Shown piece by piece: positions 62,939 to 64,000 of a stretch of 64,000 bases of DNA. A model generated the notes under the pieces. It did no database searches. It worked only from the letters and a program-made list of their open reading frames with translations, and was not told where the DNA came from. Origin of the DNA: Chrysomallon squamiferum (lineage: Eukaryota; Animalia; Mollusca); contig CM022678.1 in the NCBI GenBank assembly GCA_012295275.1, forward strand, positions 2,852,001-2,916,000, in the 5' to 3' direction. A program made the position numbers and the translations under genes. Every line of letters begins with the position of its first letter. The stretch's first letter is position 1.

Positions 62939-63322
62939 ATGGCAGGATTTACTTGGATGTTCTGCTTACTTCTTGTGCCTTGTTTTCAAATTCACCTCGC
63001 TCGGTGCGGAGGTGCGTCCCCCGGGCCCCGGGGGGCACCGGACACAGAACATTTGGGATTACCGCTAAACGTGTTCTGGAGGAGTTTGACTCTTGTGAGA
63101 AAAAGACCCGAACTATTCCAACGTGCCAACAGTCTACGTTTGCGCGCGTCACTGCGCGAGACTAGACCCAACCCAGCAGACGACACTGTTAACCGGAAAC
63201 GATCGCCTGACCTCTCGGTCTCGCAGGCTCTCGGCTCTTTGGCGAGCATGCTCAGATTCGAGAGCAAAATGCGTAATCATAGACTGAAGCTGAAGAGTCT
63301 TATAAACGCTGGGAAACGTTGA
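62939..63322 (+). CDS. ELH: ELH/CRH-DH44-family neuropeptide precursor 2, 127 aa
   Basis: Acceptor tttcag at 62931, ATG 7 nt later; signal peptide MAGFTWMFCLLLVPCFQIHLARC; RKR-SPDLSVSQALGSLASMLRFESKMRNHRLKLKSLINA-GKR* (36-aa amidated peptide, 63203-63310) at the C-terminus, as in CRH-type precursors. Confidence 0.85.
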   Translation: MAGFTWMFCLLLVPCFQIHLARCGGASPGPRGAPDTEHLGLPLNVFWRSLTLVRKRPELFQRANSLRLRASLRETRPNPADDTVNRKRSPDLSVSQALGSLASMLRFESKMRNHRLKLKSLINAGKR

Positions 63323-63717
63323 TGCCGCGTTTTAAACTTTTCAACTCTTCATGGTGCGAATAAATGTTGGGAATTACGTTATTATTATTATTAATTTTTT
63401 TTCTTTCTTTTTCTTCCTGTTGGTCAGATTTGTGTATCAGATACGTCGCATTGGTCATTCAGGAAGACGACAACAGCGCTGGCTTATTTCTTTGATTTGC
63501 TACAAACGTGCTAGTAGTATCAATACACGTTATTATTATTATAGTTCTGACACATACACATCTGAAATGCACCTTTGGTGATGTGAAGAAACTTCCAAGT
63601 TATTTATATATATATTTTTTTTTTGTTGTTGTTTGTTTTTGCTTGCTGTCCAATTTTGATTAATAAGGACAAATATCTTTTCATTCAGTTTCTTCTTCTT
63701 CTTCTTCTATCTATTTA

Positions 63718-63748
<31 letters not shown>

Positions 63749-63767
63749 CTATCTATCTATCTATCTA

Positions 63768-63814
<47 letters not shown>

Positions 63815-64000
63815 GTCTGTCTATCTATCTATCTAATTATCTATCTATCTATCGATCTATGTATCTGTCTGTCTGTCTATCTATCTATTCAACCCCTTCT
63901 GTTTCTCCTTATTTCTTCCTTATTTAATTTTCCTCTTTTTAATTTCATACAGTCGTGACGTCATTGCGTACTTGGCACATCTGTTTGCCATAGTTGCATC

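Overview
AT-rich, microsatellite-dense animal genomic DNA, most likely molluscan (inferred from the ELH-type neuropeptides). All recognisable genes are on the + strand. (1) The 3' three-quarters of a spliced ATP-dependent 6-phosphofructokinase gene (961-18479). It has a pair of 91-nt mutually exclusive exons whose shared intron is closed by a perfect 15-bp RNA stem, a candidate 27-nt linker microexon, and two structured intronic elements. (2) A 7-exon orphan gene encoding a ~184-aa single-pass membrane protein (24640-30228), mostly invisible in the ORF track. (3) Two tandem, divergent egg-laying-hormone (ELH)/CRH/DH44-family precursor genes (38799-39818 and 62939-63322). The first has an unusual C-terminal extension of degenerate repeats, and each is preceded by a CRE + RFX-like motif pair. 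Almost all other ORF-track entries are translations of simple repeats. Exon boundaries were read by eye from GT-AG sites and frame continuity; no searches or folding programs were run.
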